A stretch of 64,000 nt of DNA from a virus, in the IMG/VR virus record IMGVR_UViG_3300042309_001835, positions 1-64,000 of that record; one strand, written 5' to 3'. The notes beneath the pieces were generated by a model. It did not search any database. It saw nothing but the letters and a program-made list of their open reading frames with translations, and was not told where the DNA came from. Positions 9,857 to 21,059 of the stretch are shown here, one piece after another. Made by a program: the position numbers and the translations under genes. Each line of letters opens with the position of its first letter. The first letter of the stretch is position 1.

Positions 9857-12427
9857 ATGACTCTAGACATTAGAGCAACAGTAGAATGCAGCCTGGGCGA
9901 GGTGATCAGTGCTAGCCTGAGTGATGACTACATCCAAGGCAATGGATTGATCAAAACGCAAGGCAGTTGTCTGATAAACGGACTCATAACACCACCTGTC
10001 GGCACTGTTGTTACTTTTGATTACACAAAGGACGGTGTAACCAGGAGTATTCCGCGCAAAATGCGGGTGCTCAGCAGTTTTGCTGACCCGTATCGCAGGA
10101 CGACAGAAGTACAAATGGGTTGTTTACTGACATTCCTGTCAGATGCGAGGGAACCAATCGAATGGAGCGCATTGAACGATCCAAGAAATAGCAACTATAC
10201 CGAAGAAGACAAGAGTATCATTGTGATACCAATAAGCGCAAGTTCTATTGCCCATAGGTGCCTAACAGGCCTGGAAATAGTTCCATTCAACGATCCTGGA
10301 TTGACCAATAGCTTTAGTATCGAAACATTTGACTTCAGTTCGGGGTATGTCAACATCTTGAGTGACTTACTGTATTCGGAGTCAAAATGCGGATATCTGA
10401 ATATGAACGACGAATTGGTTATAATTGATTTATCCCAGGAAGGTGGCACCGGTCCACTGTTGTCTGAAGACAAGATAATTGATATTGGCAGCATAAATTC
10501 CGGCGCGGTTCCGGGTGAGGGTGTAATCGTAAAGTACAATACACTGAAACTGTTTAATTCAGCCGAACTAAAAACTGAGATAAATGAAGCTGGCCAGGAG
10601 GTTCCCGCAGAGACACCAAACCCCTCAAGCAAAGTTCCCGAGTCGGAAGTACTTGCCGCACAGGCAATTGCAAATGGAACAGCTCCAGAAATACTTACCA
10701 CGGAAGTTGGGGACGCTTACCGAAGAATACTGGTAGCCAGAAATGAAGCCAACACAGAAGTGGGGGCTCCAGCTTTTGGTCTGTATAACTACAAGCAAAA
10801 CCCTGGGACGTTGCAAGAAGTAACGCAGACAATAGTCACATCGCATGCACCCTATACCTCAACAAGGAAAAATTATTCAGCAGTTCAAGTTAAAAATCAA
10901 AGTGACGGATCTATATCTTACGAAAACGAAAGACAAACATATGAGCGAACTGTTTCGACAAATGTTCTGGGTATTACTGCCAGTTCGTTGTTTCAAAATA
11001 TAGCCGATGTAGCGGCATCTGTGGGACTTGCTCCACCGAACCCTAATCTGGGTGGAGGTTCGCCAACTATTGTTGAAAAAACATTTGAGTATTTCGATAA
11101 CGGCGACTCGGTAGAGAACGAAATTAAGTACCAGAGTGCAACTCATGTTGCTGCTGAGATGAACCTAGACTGGGCATATCCAATTACGAACGGATACGGG
11201 TACGTGAGTTTTGGCGCTAACATGATTCCCGTTGAACAGGTAACTACAGTGAAGAAAGTTACCGCTGGTATTGAGTCAACTTATACATATTATTACAGGC
11301 TATGGCATCAAACGATAAGTGGACAAATAGCTACGGCCATGGCTTCAAGCTCTAGCAAAATCGACAACGCGCAGGCTGCGTCTGACTATTTCAACAAATC
11401 CGTGTATACCGCCGGAGGCGGCACCAGGCCGGGGGTTGTTTTTGACTATATGACCACCAGTATCAGCTACAAGAGCAGTTTCCCAACAGGTAAGGTCACC
11501 AGAACCACCAGTGTGCTTACCCGGTACGCCGCACCCGCCAATGTTACTAAACCTGCAACGCTCGAGCCACCACCTGAGCCAGGCTCCCCTAAAAAAGAGC
11601 GCAAAATAGGCTTTGCCGACAATGCAGCAACATCAGCAGACTACAGGACAGAGGGTGTGTCGGAAATAGAATTTATTTCCGGCAACTATGGCGCAAAACG
11701 AATTACCGAATTCAGTATGCCATATGCCCCAGATGATAGATTCATAAAATCAGGCGATGAGTACTATTCGGTAAGTTCCGGGGCAGGCTCAAAAGCCAAT
11801 ATTTTTGGTCGCGTACAGAACAGATTGTTGCTGGCAAATAGGTCGGGACTAAATGTAACAACAGTTCCAGAATTATTGCCAAACAACCCTTTTGATCCGA
11901 TAATCATTGAAGCCAATGGTCTGTCGGCGATGTACAGATTAAATGGTACATCATGGTCTATTGACAGTAGCGGAGTTGTTGTCAGCAGCGATGGGCTATT
12001 CTGGGGCGCAGTGGGTGGAACAGGACAGTTCTGGTTCCCGGTTGCTCCTGGTATAACGTCACTTCCAAGCACACCACCTGCTGTTGACGGGCAGGTAACC
12101 GTACCTTATGTTGCCCCTAGTTGGCTGGAAATTATACCAATTACAGCCTCAACCAGAACGAAAGTAGTCGTTACAAGGTTTCAATATTCTTTGAATTTAC
12201 TGACCGAGGCAAGCGTGCCAGTCCATACTGAGATTGTGGCCACTAGGGTAATCAGGTTGGATTCTGTCCAAATCGGGCTTTCTGCTTTGCCTGTCACGGT
12301 AAATCATCTAATAAAAACCTCTGCGGTTCAAATTACCGTAACAGCGCTACCGGTTACGACGCTGCATCCGGTAAAAGCTGGTGCAGTTCAAGTTACTCTA
12401 ACGGCACTGCCCCCGTTGAGCCCATAG
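9857..12427 (+). CDS. tail tip/hub protein
   Basis: 856 aa, second gene after TMP, Ser/Thr-rich. Confidence 0.55.
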   Translation: MTLDIRATVECSLGEVISASLSDDYIQGNGLIKTQGSCLINGLITPPVGTVVTFDYTKDGVTRSIPRKMRVLSSFADPYRRTTEVQMGCLLTFLSDAREPIEWSALNDPRNSNYTEEDKSIIVIPISASSIAHRCLTGLEIVPFNDPGLTNSFSIETFDFSSGYVNILSDLLYSESKCGYLNMNDELVIIDLSQEGGTGPLLSEDKIIDIGSINSGAVPGEGVIVKYNTLKLFNSAELKTEINEAGQEVPAETPNPSSKVPESEVLAAQAIANGTAPEILTTEVGDAYRRILVARNEANTEVGAPAFGLYNYKQNPGTLQEVTQTIVTSHAPYTSTRKNYSAVQVKNQSDGSISYENERQTYERTVSTNVLGITASSLFQNIADVAASVGLAPPNPNLGGGSPTIVEKTFEYFDNGDSVENEIKYQSATHVAAEMNLDWAYPITNGYGYVSFGANMIPVEQVTTVKKVTAGIESTYTYYYRLWHQTISGQIATAMASSSSKIDNAQAASDYFNKSVYTAGGGTRPGVVFDYMTTSISYKSSFPTGKVTRTTSVLTRYAAPANVTKPATLEPPPEPGSPKKERKIGFADNAATSADYRTEGVSEIEFISGNYGAKRITEFSMPYAPDDRFIKSGDEYYSVSSGAGSKANIFGRVQNRLLLANRSGLNVTTVPELLPNNPFDPIIIEANGLSAMYRLNGTSWSIDSSGVVVSSDGLFWGAVGGTGQFWFPVAPGITSLPSTPPAVDGQVTVPYVAPSWLEIIPITASTRTKVVVTRFQYSLNLLTEASVPVHTEIVATRVIRLDSVQIGLSALPVTVNHLIKTSAVQITVTALPVTTLHPVKAGAVQVTLTALPPLSP

Positions 12428-12462
12428 AAAATTTGGAACCATAGATAAGCCGTTTCAACAAA

Positions 12463-12888
12463 ATGTCGACCGTATCTCTATATAACCATACCAGCTCATA
12501 CGTTATGGATCTTGACCTTGACGGATACTCATATTATTTGATGCTATGCGCCAGCAGTACATTTGACGCAACTGATGCAACATTGGCTGATATAACAAAG
12601 ACCGAGGTGGCAGGCGGCAATGGCTACACGACGGGCGGACAAGAATTGATGAATAAAGCGATTACGACTGTAAATACGAACAACGCCAAGTTCCTGGCCG
12701 ACAATGTTGAATGGCCAGTAACCAGCGGCAGCATAACCGCAGATAGTGCTATTCTGTACTACTCTGATGGAAATACCAACCCGCCACTGCTGCATATCGA
12801 TTTTGGAGCATCGATTGAAGTTTCATCGGGAAATTCATTCCTCGTCGGATGGGATCCAGATGGAATAATTGTGCTGGATACACCGTAA
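12463..12888 (+). CDS. minor tail/baseplate protein
   Basis: EVAGGNGYTTGGQ motif of small siphovirus tail proteins. Confidence 0.55.
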   Translation: MSTVSLYNHTSSYVMDLDLDGYSYYLMLCASSTFDATDATLADITKTEVAGGNGYTTGGQELMNKAITTVNTNNAKFLADNVEWPVTSGSITADSAILYYSDGNTNPPLLHIDFGASIEVSSGNSFLVGWDPDGIIVLDTP

Positions 12889-12948
12889 CGAGATTACAAA
12901 ATATAGGAATTATAGCTAAGCAGTACAGGCGTTTCTTCTGTTGTTATT

Positions 12949-13353
12949 ATGGCATTATCCGCATTGATTAGCACGAAAGAACTGCAAAGACAGGCGGAAT
13001 TGTGCCTTGAGGGTAATACAGTCAATGTAATGTTATGCAATTCGAGTGGCAACAGCTTCACCGCAGAAAGCACTGTAGCCGACTGGCAAACGGCAGAAGT
13101 GACTGGGAGTGGCTACGTCAGGTTCAGTCAGACCGTGCAGGCCGGTAGCTACAACTCTGGATTGGCTTCTTACGTCATACCAAATATTGATGCTGCTTTT
13201 GAATGCGACACAACTCCGTTAAGTTACGATAGGATCATTATATATTTTACTGGTGAGACATATATCCACAGCATGCTTTCTGAAAACCCGACAATTTCCC
13301 TGACACCAGGTCAAGCGCAAACCTACCGCATCAGCCTAAGGCAGGACGACTGA
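12949..13353 (+). CDS. minor tail protein, probable paralog of 12463-12888
   Basis: Similar size with matching MLC..S..F and EV.G.GY motifs. Confidence 0.5.
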   Translation: MALSALISTKELQRQAELCLEGNTVNVMLCNSSGNSFTAESTVADWQTAEVTGSGYVRFSQTVQAGSYNSGLASYVIPNIDAAFECDTTPLSYDRIIIYFTGETYIHSMLSENPTISLTPGQAQTYRISLRQDD

Positions 13354-14744
13354 TGTCGTTAAATCTGAATATCAATGTTGACTTTGATGGCTTACTGGAA
13401 TCAGCACGTCAACTGGTAAAAGCAAACAGGCAAAAAATAACCAGAAGGGATAATTCGACTGCGGTAAGGAATACAGCCAGCACAACTATAGCAACAAAAA
13501 ATAAAACACTGGGTCAGACTTACCCCGTAGCGCCACCCCCAGGATTTCCACCAACGCAAGCACCAACGCAATCACGCCCCAGCGTTAATACCGGCACACC
13601 CAGTACAATAAATACAAGCCTTCGAACCCAGACAACATCATCTGGGTCCATGGCAAATCAAAATATTGGCGCCCCCAAAAAAGATTTTTATCGCGGATCC
13701 AAAATAGGAGCAGGGCCTCGACGAGACGGCGAACTGGGATTCTTGCTGCCCTCTGGCCTGACATTTGACACTTCCATTCAAGGACCGTTTGCAGGCTTAT
13801 CGACGTCGCCTATTGATTTTCTTTATGGGGACGCATCTAGAGACGGGGCTTTTTTGGGCAGAGTGAAAGGATATACAAATAACTTTGTGACCAGCCAGGC
13901 GATTCATTTTTCTGATGGTTATCCATCGGCGGGCGTTGACACCCTTATTGACGCACGTCCTCTTTATTCTAGCGATGGCGGCTACCAAGGCGGCTATTTG
14001 ACCTACCCAAGAGCTGATACGTTCGACCAGTTAAACATGCCGGACGCTGAAGCCTCGTTTCTGTATTTATCTCACTTAGTTGCTGCGGGCAGCGCGATAC
14101 GCACAAAATTTATTGAACGCCCAGGAGGTCTCTTTGATAGAGTTTATGCATCTGGAGAAAAAATTAGATCAGTGCCGGGCAGATCGAACAGCAAAGGCTT
14201 CACACTTGAATTTATTGTTAAACTCGCAGCCTCCGAGACGGGCGTCGGCTATTCCAGGGTCATTGCAATTGTTTACGGCTCTGACGAGTACGGTTACGAC
14301 TCCGCAAATGCCTTCAATATACCGTTCTATGTGGAGGCAATTGATGAACTTAACGATAACGGAGCTGGCGCTACGTTTAATGGCTACATAATGAATACAA
14401 AAAGCGATAAAAACTGGTATCGGAACGGTAGCTTTAATCATTTTGCCTTTGTTGTGAAATATGAAGGTCCCGTGTACACCACAGCCTACGTCAATGGAGA
14501 GCGAGTAACCAACATCAGTGACTCTGTTACCTTCCCGCCTGGAATAGAATATGGACGATCCAGACTTTTCGATATAGAAATCCTTATGGACGATGCCAAC
14601 AGAGTCCTAAGAGTCGGCCCGGGTAGCTGGATTGCGACAGGCTACCCCGGCAAGTCAACCTTGAAAGCCTTGCGCTGGACGAACAAGATACTTTATACCG
14701 GAAACTCGTTCAACCCACCAACTGACCTTACATCCTTAGCGTAA
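13353..14744 (+). CDS. tail fibre/adhesin with C-terminal LamG/concanavalin-like domain
   Basis: Pro/Thr linker then FNHFAFV...AYVNG...LRWT...LYTGNSFNPPT. Confidence 0.6.
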   Translation: MSLNLNINVDFDGLLESARQLVKANRQKITRRDNSTAVRNTASTTIATKNKTLGQTYPVAPPPGFPPTQAPTQSRPSVNTGTPSTINTSLRTQTTSSGSMANQNIGAPKKDFYRGSKIGAGPRRDGELGFLLPSGLTFDTSIQGPFAGLSTSPIDFLYGDASRDGAFLGRVKGYTNNFVTSQAIHFSDGYPSAGVDTLIDARPLYSSDGGYQGGYLTYPRADTFDQLNMPDAEASFLYLSHLVAAGSAIRTKFIERPGGLFDRVYASGEKIRSVPGRSNSKGFTLEFIVKLAASETGVGYSRVIAIVYGSDEYGYDSANAFNIPFYVEAIDELNDNGAGATFNGYIMNTKSDKNWYRNGSFNHFAFVVKYEGPVYTTAYVNGERVTNISDSVTFPPGIEYGRSRLFDIEILMDDANRVLRVGPGSWIATGYPGKSTLKALRWTNKILYTGNSFNPPTDLTSLA

Positions 14745-15119
14745 GCCTAGCGACAGGCCCATTAAATCCAAGCACAAGCACGGATCAATTCTTACATTTA
14801 ACAGGATAAGGCGCCTCGCTTGATCTGGTTGATATTTGCCAGGAAATTAGACCCACCAGCAAAATGCTTCACGACAGAAACTCTACTACGTCAGATGCCA
14901 TCGACACCTTAATCATGCAAGGAATAATATAGAGACTGATAATAGCTGGAGTTCAGTATGCCACTGCCAAACGATTACCAAAAAATTAACCTGTTGACCC
15001 AAAGTCAATTGCAAACAAAGGTAAACAGGTATATATTCAACCAACAGCAACTGAATAAAAAAACAGCGGCAGAAATCGCTAAAAGGTTCTAGTTCTTGGC
15101 ATACTAGCGGGCACTAAAT

Positions 15120-15130
15120 GGCGTGATGCC
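15120..15130 (+). promoter_or_regulatory. G-NGA-Y hairpin upstream of scaffold gene
   Basis: GGCG-TGA-TGCC, 8 nt before the ATG. Confidence 0.55.
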
Positions 15131-15138
15131 TGGTAACA

Positions 15139-15876
15139 ATGCCCGAAGACAACAGCAATGCACCCGAGACGAGTGCAGACAACACGGAAGAGCAAAAAGC
15201 GACGGAAACCGCAGATGATCGCAGCTATTCCGAGGAAGAAGTTCAGAACCTGCTGAAGGCGCTGAAATCCGAACGTGAAACGCGTAAGATCTACGAGAAA
15301 GAGGTAAAGGAGAAAAGCGCCCAACTGGAGAAGTTTGCGCAAATCAACCCAAACGAATACCGCAAACTGCAAGAAGAAGCAGCTATCGCTGCGCGTGAAA
15401 AGGCTGCTGCCGATGAGCGCACTGCATTGCTGGAGGAAAAGTACGGCAAACAGGCAGCAGAAGCCGTCCAGCAGCGCGACAGTGCCCACAAGGAACTACT
15501 GGAGTTCCGCAAGCGTTATTCACTGGAAAAGGTATTCTTCTCGGCTGGCGGTCGCACTGATTCCGCAGATGGCGTGTCATTTTTTGACATGTTAGCCAAC
15601 CAAATCGGTGGCCATTTCCGCCTGGAACCCGACAACAGTATTACTGTTGTTGATTCCAACGGTGTGCCGATCCTGGACAAGGAATCCGGCCGCCGGATTA
15701 ACCCTGAAGATTACCTGGGTGGATTCAAAAACCATCCAATCTATGGCACTTTCTTCAAGGGCTCCAAGGGGTCTGGTGCTGGTATCGGCTACGGCGGTAC
15801 CGACACGAATGGCATGACCAGTGAAGACTTGAGCACGCTCAGTCGTGATGAGTTGTTCCTGAAAGCATTTGGTTGA
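15139..15876 (+). CDS. capsid scaffolding protein
   Basis: Acidic N-terminus, coiled coil, G-rich C-terminus, directly upstream of MCP. Confidence 0.8.
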   Translation: MPEDNSNAPETSADNTEEQKATETADDRSYSEEEVQNLLKALKSERETRKIYEKEVKEKSAQLEKFAQINPNEYRKLQEEAAIAAREKAAADERTALLEEKYGKQAAEAVQQRDSAHKELLEFRKRYSLEKVFFSAGGRTDSADGVSFFDMLANQIGGHFRLEPDNSITVVDSNGVPILDKESGRRINPEDYLGGFKNHPIYGTFFKGSKGSGAGIGYGGTDTNGMTSEDLSTLSRDELFLKAFG

Positions 15877-15900
15877 TCCCAGGCTTAAATGTTAACTATG

Positions 15901-15925
15901 GGCCAGCTTTTTGCTGGCCTTTTTG
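15901..15925 (+). terminator. intrinsic terminator
   Basis: GGCCAGC-TTTTT-GCTGGCC-TTTTT. Confidence 0.75.
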
Positions 15926-15950
15926 ATTTTTAGGTATCATAAGTTTGAGT

Positions 15951-16023
15951 ACCCAGCCCTGAGTTGGTTGTGATGACCTATCGGGGAGGGTCTAGCGCTA
16001 ATGAATGAGACATTCATGTAGCG
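15951..16023 (+). promoter_or_regulatory. two G-NGA-Y capped hairpins in MCP leader
   Basis: GGTTG-TGA-TGACC (15966-15978) and ATGAATG-AGA-CATTCAT (16001-16017), each atop a longer stem. Confidence 0.6.
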
Positions 16024-16065
16024 ATTTACCTTTCCTGTTTACGTTCATCTACCCCCATAGGAATC

Positions 16066-16968
16066 ATGGCATTAACTCTTGCTGAAGCCAAGAAGCATTC
16101 TACTAACCCGCAGGAACTCGCGATTATCACCGAGCTTGCTGCTGGTCCCCTGCTGCAAAACCTGCCGTTCCGTGAAGTTCAGGGCAACGGTCTGTTCTGG
16201 AAGCGTGAGGAGTCCCTCGGCGACGTGGGTTTCCGTACGTTCAACGCTGGTTATACCGAAAGCTATGCCACCGTCAAGCAGCACAGCGAAGCGCTGAAGC
16301 TGTTCGGTGGTGACATCAAGGTTGACCGCGCTATCGTCGACCTGGAGGGCCCCGAGGCTCGCGCCTATCAGGTGCAAGCCAAGACCCGTGCAATGCGTCT
16401 GGCCTTTGAGGGCCTGTTCATCAACGGTGACTCCAACGGTAGTGGCGCTGAGTTTGACGGCCTGGCAAATCGCCTGCCCGTTGGCTCCAGCCAGTACATC
16501 GCCAACGGCGTTTCCCCCGCCGCTCTGGACACCGGTGCCCTGGACGAAGCTATCGACGCAGTGGATGCACAAGGTGGCACCAAGTACCTTGTGATGTCCA
16601 AGTCCGCTCGTCGTCACCTGAGCAAGGTGGCTCGCGCCAACGGTCAGATCGACATCGAGCGCAACGACTTCGGCTACCAGCAACTGTTCTACGGTGGCAT
16701 TCCGGTGCTTGAGCTGGATCGCGACCACCAGAACGTTGCCATCCTGGATAGCGATGCCAGCGATCAGTCCATCTACGTGGTGGCCTTCGGCAACGATCTG
16801 CTGACCGGTCTGCAGAACGGTGGCCCTCAGGTGCGTGACCTTGGTGAAGCGACCGATTCGCCCGTCTTGGTTACCCGCGTTGAATGGTATTGCGGGATGG
16901 CTTTGATCAATGGCCGAGCCGCTGCCCGTCTCGCCAACGTGGACGCTACTGCCTCGCTTGTGTCCTGA
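16066..16968 (+). CDS. major capsid protein (HK97 fold)
   Basis: 300 aa; FGGDIKVDRAI, FINGD...EFDGL motifs; strong codon bias; follows scaffold. Confidence 0.92.
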   Translation: MALTLAEAKKHSTNPQELAIITELAAGPLLQNLPFREVQGNGLFWKREESLGDVGFRTFNAGYTESYATVKQHSEALKLFGGDIKVDRAIVDLEGPEARAYQVQAKTRAMRLAFEGLFINGDSNGSGAEFDGLANRLPVGSSQYIANGVSPAALDTGALDEAIDAVDAQGGTKYLVMSKSARRHLSKVARANGQIDIERNDFGYQQLFYGGIPVLELDRDHQNVAILDSDASDQSIYVVAFGNDLLTGLQNGGPQVRDLGEATDSPVLVTRVEWYCGMALINGRAAARLANVDATASLVS

Positions 16969-16984
16969 TCTTACCGAAGCTTCC

Positions 16985-17009
16985 GGGGGCCGCAGGGCCC
17001 CCTTTTTTT
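16985..17009 (+). terminator. intrinsic terminator
   Basis: GGGGGCC-GCAG-GGCCCCC-TTTTTTT. Confidence 0.9.
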
Positions 17010-17142
17010 GTCCAGTTACTTGATCCATGCGAAATATCGGTAGTCACTGGTGGTACTGTTTAGTTGTATGACAAATCCACAACTAGGAACACTAATCTGG
17101 TCGAGCCACGTAACGGAAAACTAACTGGAATGAACAAATTCA

Positions 17143-17976
17143 GTGATTTTATCGTCTTCTGATATCCTTAGGATTGTTTCCAGTGATCCGGTAATCCGGG
17201 TATCGGCACGCGTAAAAATAGTTGAAACCAAGCCTCCGATTGAGACTGTTGATAATACCATCATTTACATTGGGAAATATCCAACCACTTCAGATTTCGA
17301 AGCTACTTGGAATATTTGGATTGCTGATACTTCGAATGAACCGCTGGATATAATCCTGGCGCAACTACAAAAACTGCTGCCAGGATTTACTGTTACTGAT
17401 AATGGCATCGTTATAAAGGCAACCGTAACAACGCTCAGGTCTGCAAATACTGAAACCGCACCAGTACCAGAAGTTAATCGCGAGCAAGGCCTGCTTGCTT
17501 TGCTGCAGGCAAGATTCGATGACCTGAAGCAGTCAATAGAAGATCGGATGCTGATTGTTGGCCCCGGCAGGGCTGGCAAGGACGGAAAACCAGGTCGCGA
17601 TGGCAAAGATGGCAAGAATGGTAAAGATGGCGTCAATGGCCAGGACTTAATTGCGAGTGAAGCTGAACTGAATGACCTGAAAGACGTCTTCACCAGTGAC
17701 GCCCAACGCGGTCAGTTCCTGATGTTTGATGGCGCCTCCTGGGTCGCTCGGTTCGTTCCGCAGATCATCCGAGCCGGTGGAGGCGGCGGTGGCACGGGTG
17801 GCGGAATTGAAGAAGCGCCCATTGACGGCAACTATTACGTCAGGCAAGACGGTCAATGGGTCAATCTGATTGATGCACTGGCTGGCCTTGGCAATATTGA
17901 TGCTGGTGATTTCACGACTGGCCTGGCAGATACCAATAACTCCAGCCAGTTCGATGGTGGAGATTTCAGTCAATAA
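17143..17976 (+). CDS. virion fibre protein with short collagen repeat and fibritin foldon-like motif
   Basis: GKDGKPGRDGKDGKNG then IEEAPIDGNYYVRQDGQWVNL. Confidence 0.65.
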   Translation: MILSSSDILRIVSSDPVIRVSARVKIVETKPPIETVDNTIIYIGKYPTTSDFEATWNIWIADTSNEPLDIILAQLQKLLPGFTVTDNGIVIKATVTTLRSANTETAPVPEVNREQGLLALLQARFDDLKQSIEDRMLIVGPGRAGKDGKPGRDGKDGKNGKDGVNGQDLIASEAELNDLKDVFTSDAQRGQFLMFDGASWVARFVPQIIRAGGGGGGTGGGIEEAPIDGNYYVRQDGQWVNLIDALAGLGNIDAGDFTTGLADTNNSSQFDGGDFSQ

Positions 17977-18005
17977 CAGGAAAACTATTCTGATTCACGA
18001 AAAGC

Positions 18006-20588
18006 ATGACCACGCCTTCGCCCAGAAATCCAATCAGAATTGCCCGTGGTCTGTATGCAGATCTGTTGGCATCTGTAGCGGATCTTGGGGAAGGTGAAAT
18101 TTGTTTTGCACAAGATCAAGACACGTTATATGTAAAAGAGAATGGCGCTCTGACACTGGCCTCCGGTGGCGTCAGTTCATCTTTGGTGCGTGAAATAATT
18201 GGCATTGATCAAACTGGCGAACCGATGGGTCACGCCAATCGCGCAGATAGCAACATTTCATTTGACAGCGGCGAGCGAGTATTCACAATTGAGCCGACCA
18301 GTGCATCATTTGACGTATGGTGTCGCGGCATTAAGCACACATACTTCAGCGAGCAAACTGTAACTATACCTGATGCGACTGGGTTGTATTATGTGTATTT
18401 TGATGAAAATGGTGTTCTGCAATATCAGACATCATTCTTTGATCTGGAATACCAGGCGCCAACGGCTTACATTTACTGGAACGGCGATACGAACCAAGCT
18501 GTATATTTTGGCGATGAACGTCACGGCATTGTGCTGGACTGGCAGACACATGAATACCTGCACAGGACACGCGGTGCTGCGTTTGCAAGAGGACTGGAGC
18601 TGGTAAGTTACACCGTAACTGGCGGCGGTGCAATAAATGCAGATGCGCAAGTCAGTCTGGAAAATGGAGTATTTTTTGATGAAGACATTGAAGTAGATGT
18701 CACCCATTCCGCTGATCCTGTTTCTAATACATGGCAACAAGATTTACAGGGGCCCGCGCTGATCCCGGTTTTATGGAGAAATGCTACTTCGTGGACACTT
18801 GATGTCGCTTCTGAATATCCACTGAAGGCTGGTACCCTCGGGCCGCAATATAACCTAGAGGGGATTGGTGGATCATGGAGCGCAGTTGATGTTGGTGCTA
18901 ACAAATATGTCTGCGTATTTGTTATTGCTACAAACAACTTAAACCACCCTGTTGTCTGTATTCTTGGTCAGAAGCAGCACAACAACTTAGCTGCCGCTCA
19001 AACCGAGACTTGGTCTACGCTTAACCTGACGGGATTCCCTTCGCTTGAATTCAGACCATTATATCAACTGATCTATCAATGCGGTGCATACGGCAACGCA
19101 ATCGCCGCCAGACTCAGGGGCGTCTCTGACCTGCGTTACACGCAAGCAGGCATTTCAATTACCGGCCAGGTGGGTGCGACAGGTCCAGTGGGCGCTACTG
19201 GCGCTATTGGTGCCACGGGTGTTGGAGAGACCGGTCCTACCGGCATCGAGGGACCAACAGGTATTACCGGACCCGTGGGCCCGACTGGGCCGATTGGCAT
19301 TACCGGGCCAACTGGAGTGGATGGTCCGACTGGAGCAAGTGGCCCAACTGGACCGACTGGGCCCATTGGTGTCACTGGTGCTACTGGTGTGGTCGGTCCC
19401 AGCGGACCCACTGGGCCAACTGGCCCTACAGGCCCTATTGGTATCACTGGCGCCACTGGTATCGAAGGACCAAGCGGCCCCACCGGGCCTACGGGCCCCA
19501 CGGGTCCAACTGGACCAATTGGAATTACTGGCGCCACTGGTGTAGTTGGCGTGTCCGGCGCCACCGGCATTGTCGGTCCCAGTGGTCCCACTGGCCCTAC
19601 CGGTCCGATTGGCTCAACTGGCCCAACTGGTGTTGCTGGTATCAGCGCAAGTGGCAGAATTTGGTATTTTGCGCAAGCAGCTTCTGATATCAGTGGATAT
19701 GAAACATTGCAGCCAGATTCGCCCGATTCGGCGCCGCAAGATGATATGACCGCTGTTGTCACTAGCTCCAGTGGTGAGGTACTGATCAATGAGTTTGCCA
19801 CCGCCGTTGGTGACCCCGATCTCGAAGAACTGCCAACCGGTGAGTATGAGATTCGCTTTTGGGGCTATGTATCGAGCAACGATGGCGACACGCGGCTTGT
19901 GTTCCGTGTCTACAGACGTGCTACGAATGGCACCGAAACTCAGTTATTCTATTTGGATTCACCTGAGATTGATGCAACTGCAGCCAGTTACTATAATGAA
20001 ATCCTGGTCAACACTCAGCCCAATGTAATCGACCCCAGCGACCGTATTGTAACAAAAGTATACGCAAAGACCACCAGCAGCAGCAATATAACTGCACACT
20101 TTGTGCATTCTGGTACAACGCCTAGCTCCTGGAGGACCGCTGTTACGTTGGGCTATGTGGGCCCCCAGGGCCCAACTGGTCCAACTGGCGTAGATGGACC
20201 GACTGGCCCTGTTGGCATTACTGGAGCGACTGGTCCAGGGGGCCCAACTGGTCCAACTGGCGTAGATGGACCGACTGGTCCTAGCGGAGCAATTGGCGTC
20301 TCTGGCGCGACCGGACCGACCGGCGTTGTTGGCGTAACTGGTGCTACAGGTGTCGTTGGCATTACCGGCGCCACTGGGGCTGTTGGTGTAACGGGCGCCA
20401 CAGGGGTCGATGGAGTCACTGGAGCAACGGGTGTTGTTGGCGTAAGCGGTGCTACCGGTCCCACTGGCGTCATAGCGGATGGCAATAAAGGAGATATTAC
20501 CATTTCAAGTAATGGTATGTTATTAACAGTTAATCCGGTCGTTTATGGCCGACTTCTTGCTGCCCAGTACGGTGCAGCAATGCCCTGA
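18006..20588 (+). CDS. collagen-like fibre protein
   Basis: Two long G-X-T tracts; N-terminal [13 protein letters not shown] attachment-type motif; C-terminal DGNKGDIT motif. Confidence 0.85.
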   Translation: MTTPSPRNPIRIARGLYADLLASVADLGEGEICFAQDQDTLYVKENGALTLASGGVSSSLVREIIGIDQTGEPMGHANRADSNISFDSGERVFTIEPTSASFDVWCRGIKHTYFSEQTVTIPDATGLYYVYFDENGVLQYQTSFFDLEYQAPTAYIYWNGDTNQAVYFGDERHGIVLDWQTHEYLHRTRGAAFARGLELVSYTVTGGGAINADAQVSLENGVFFDEDIEVDVTHSADPVSNTWQQDLQGPALIPVLWRNATSWTLDVASEYPLKAGTLGPQYNLEGIGGSWSAVDVGANKYVCVFVIATNNLNHPVVCILGQKQHNNLAAAQTETWSTLNLTGFPSLEFRPLYQLIYQCGAYGNAIAARLRGVSDLRYTQAGISITGQVGATGPVGATGAIGATGVGETGPTGIEGPTGITGPVGPTGPIGITGPTGVDGPTGASGPTGPTGPIGVTGATGVVGPSGPTGPTGPTGPIGITGATGIEGPSGPTGPTGPTGPTGPIGITGATGVVGVSGATGIVGPSGPTGPTGPIGSTGPTGVAGISASGRIWYFAQAASDISGYETLQPDSPDSAPQDDMTAVVTSSSGEVLINEFATAVGDPDLEELPTGEYEIRFWGYVSSNDGDTRLVFRVYRRATNGTETQLFYLDSPEIDATAASYYNEILVNTQPNVIDPSDRIVTKVYAKTTSSSNITAHFVHSGTTPSSWRTAVTLGYVGPQGPTGPTGVDGPTGPVGITGATGPGGPTGPTGVDGPTGPSGAIGVSGATGPTGVVGVTGATGVVGITGATGAVGVTGATGVDGVTGATGVVGVSGATGPTGVIADGNKGDITISSNGMLLTVNPVVYGRLLAAQYGAAMP
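20168..20278 (+). repeat. 39-bp exact direct repeat within collagen tract
   Basis: GGGCCCAACTGGTCCAACTGGCGTAGATGGACCGACTGG at 20168 and 20240. Confidence 0.85.
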
Positions 20589-20606
20589 CCCCCGCCTGTA
20601 GTCATC

Positions 20607-21059
20607 ATGGCCGCAAACACCTCACCGATCTGGACGCTGACCCCCAACGTCTCAGGCGCTGACATCACAAACACGGTTGCAAACGTCAACACCAGCGCCC
20701 CCGGCACCATCGGGACCAACTGCTTCCTGGCGTTCACTTCCGGCGCAGACGGCTCCTATCTGCAAAAGATCCGCTTCTCCTTCGTTTCAACCACTGGTGT
20801 TATCTCTCCCGTCGCCACAACATTGCAGGTGTATTTGTCCACCATCAACACTGGTGCGACAACTTCAGCCAACACTGACTTGATCGCTCAAGTCCATGCC
20901 GCACCGCAAACAATTACGCTGGTCACAGCAGCACCATACCCGATTGAAATTCCTTTGAATTTTGCAATCCCGACCAGCAGGTACATCTTAGTAACCCAGT
21001 CCGTTGCTCAAACCACCAACGCCAACTGGCACGCAGTTGTAATCGGGGGTAACTACTAA
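20607..21059 (+). CDS. fibre-associated small virion protein
   Basis: Thr-rich beta protein between two fibre genes. Confidence 0.55.
   Translation: MAANTSPIWTLTPNVSGADITNTVANVNTSAPGTIGTNCFLAFTSGADGSYLQKIRFSFVSTTGVISPVATTLQVYLSTINTGATTSANTDLIAQVHAAPQTITLVTAAPYPIEIPLNFAIPTSRYILVTQSVAQTTNANWHAVVIGGNY

Noticed and set aside
14745-15095. 350-bp gap possibly holding a decayed gene
   Set aside because: Only short interrupted frames; no homology recognisable by eye
16072-17028. 318-aa antisense ORF over the MCP, and similar antisense ORFs over TMP, collagen and nrdJ
   Set aside because: Shadow frames caused by codon bias of the sense gene; no motifs or expression signals
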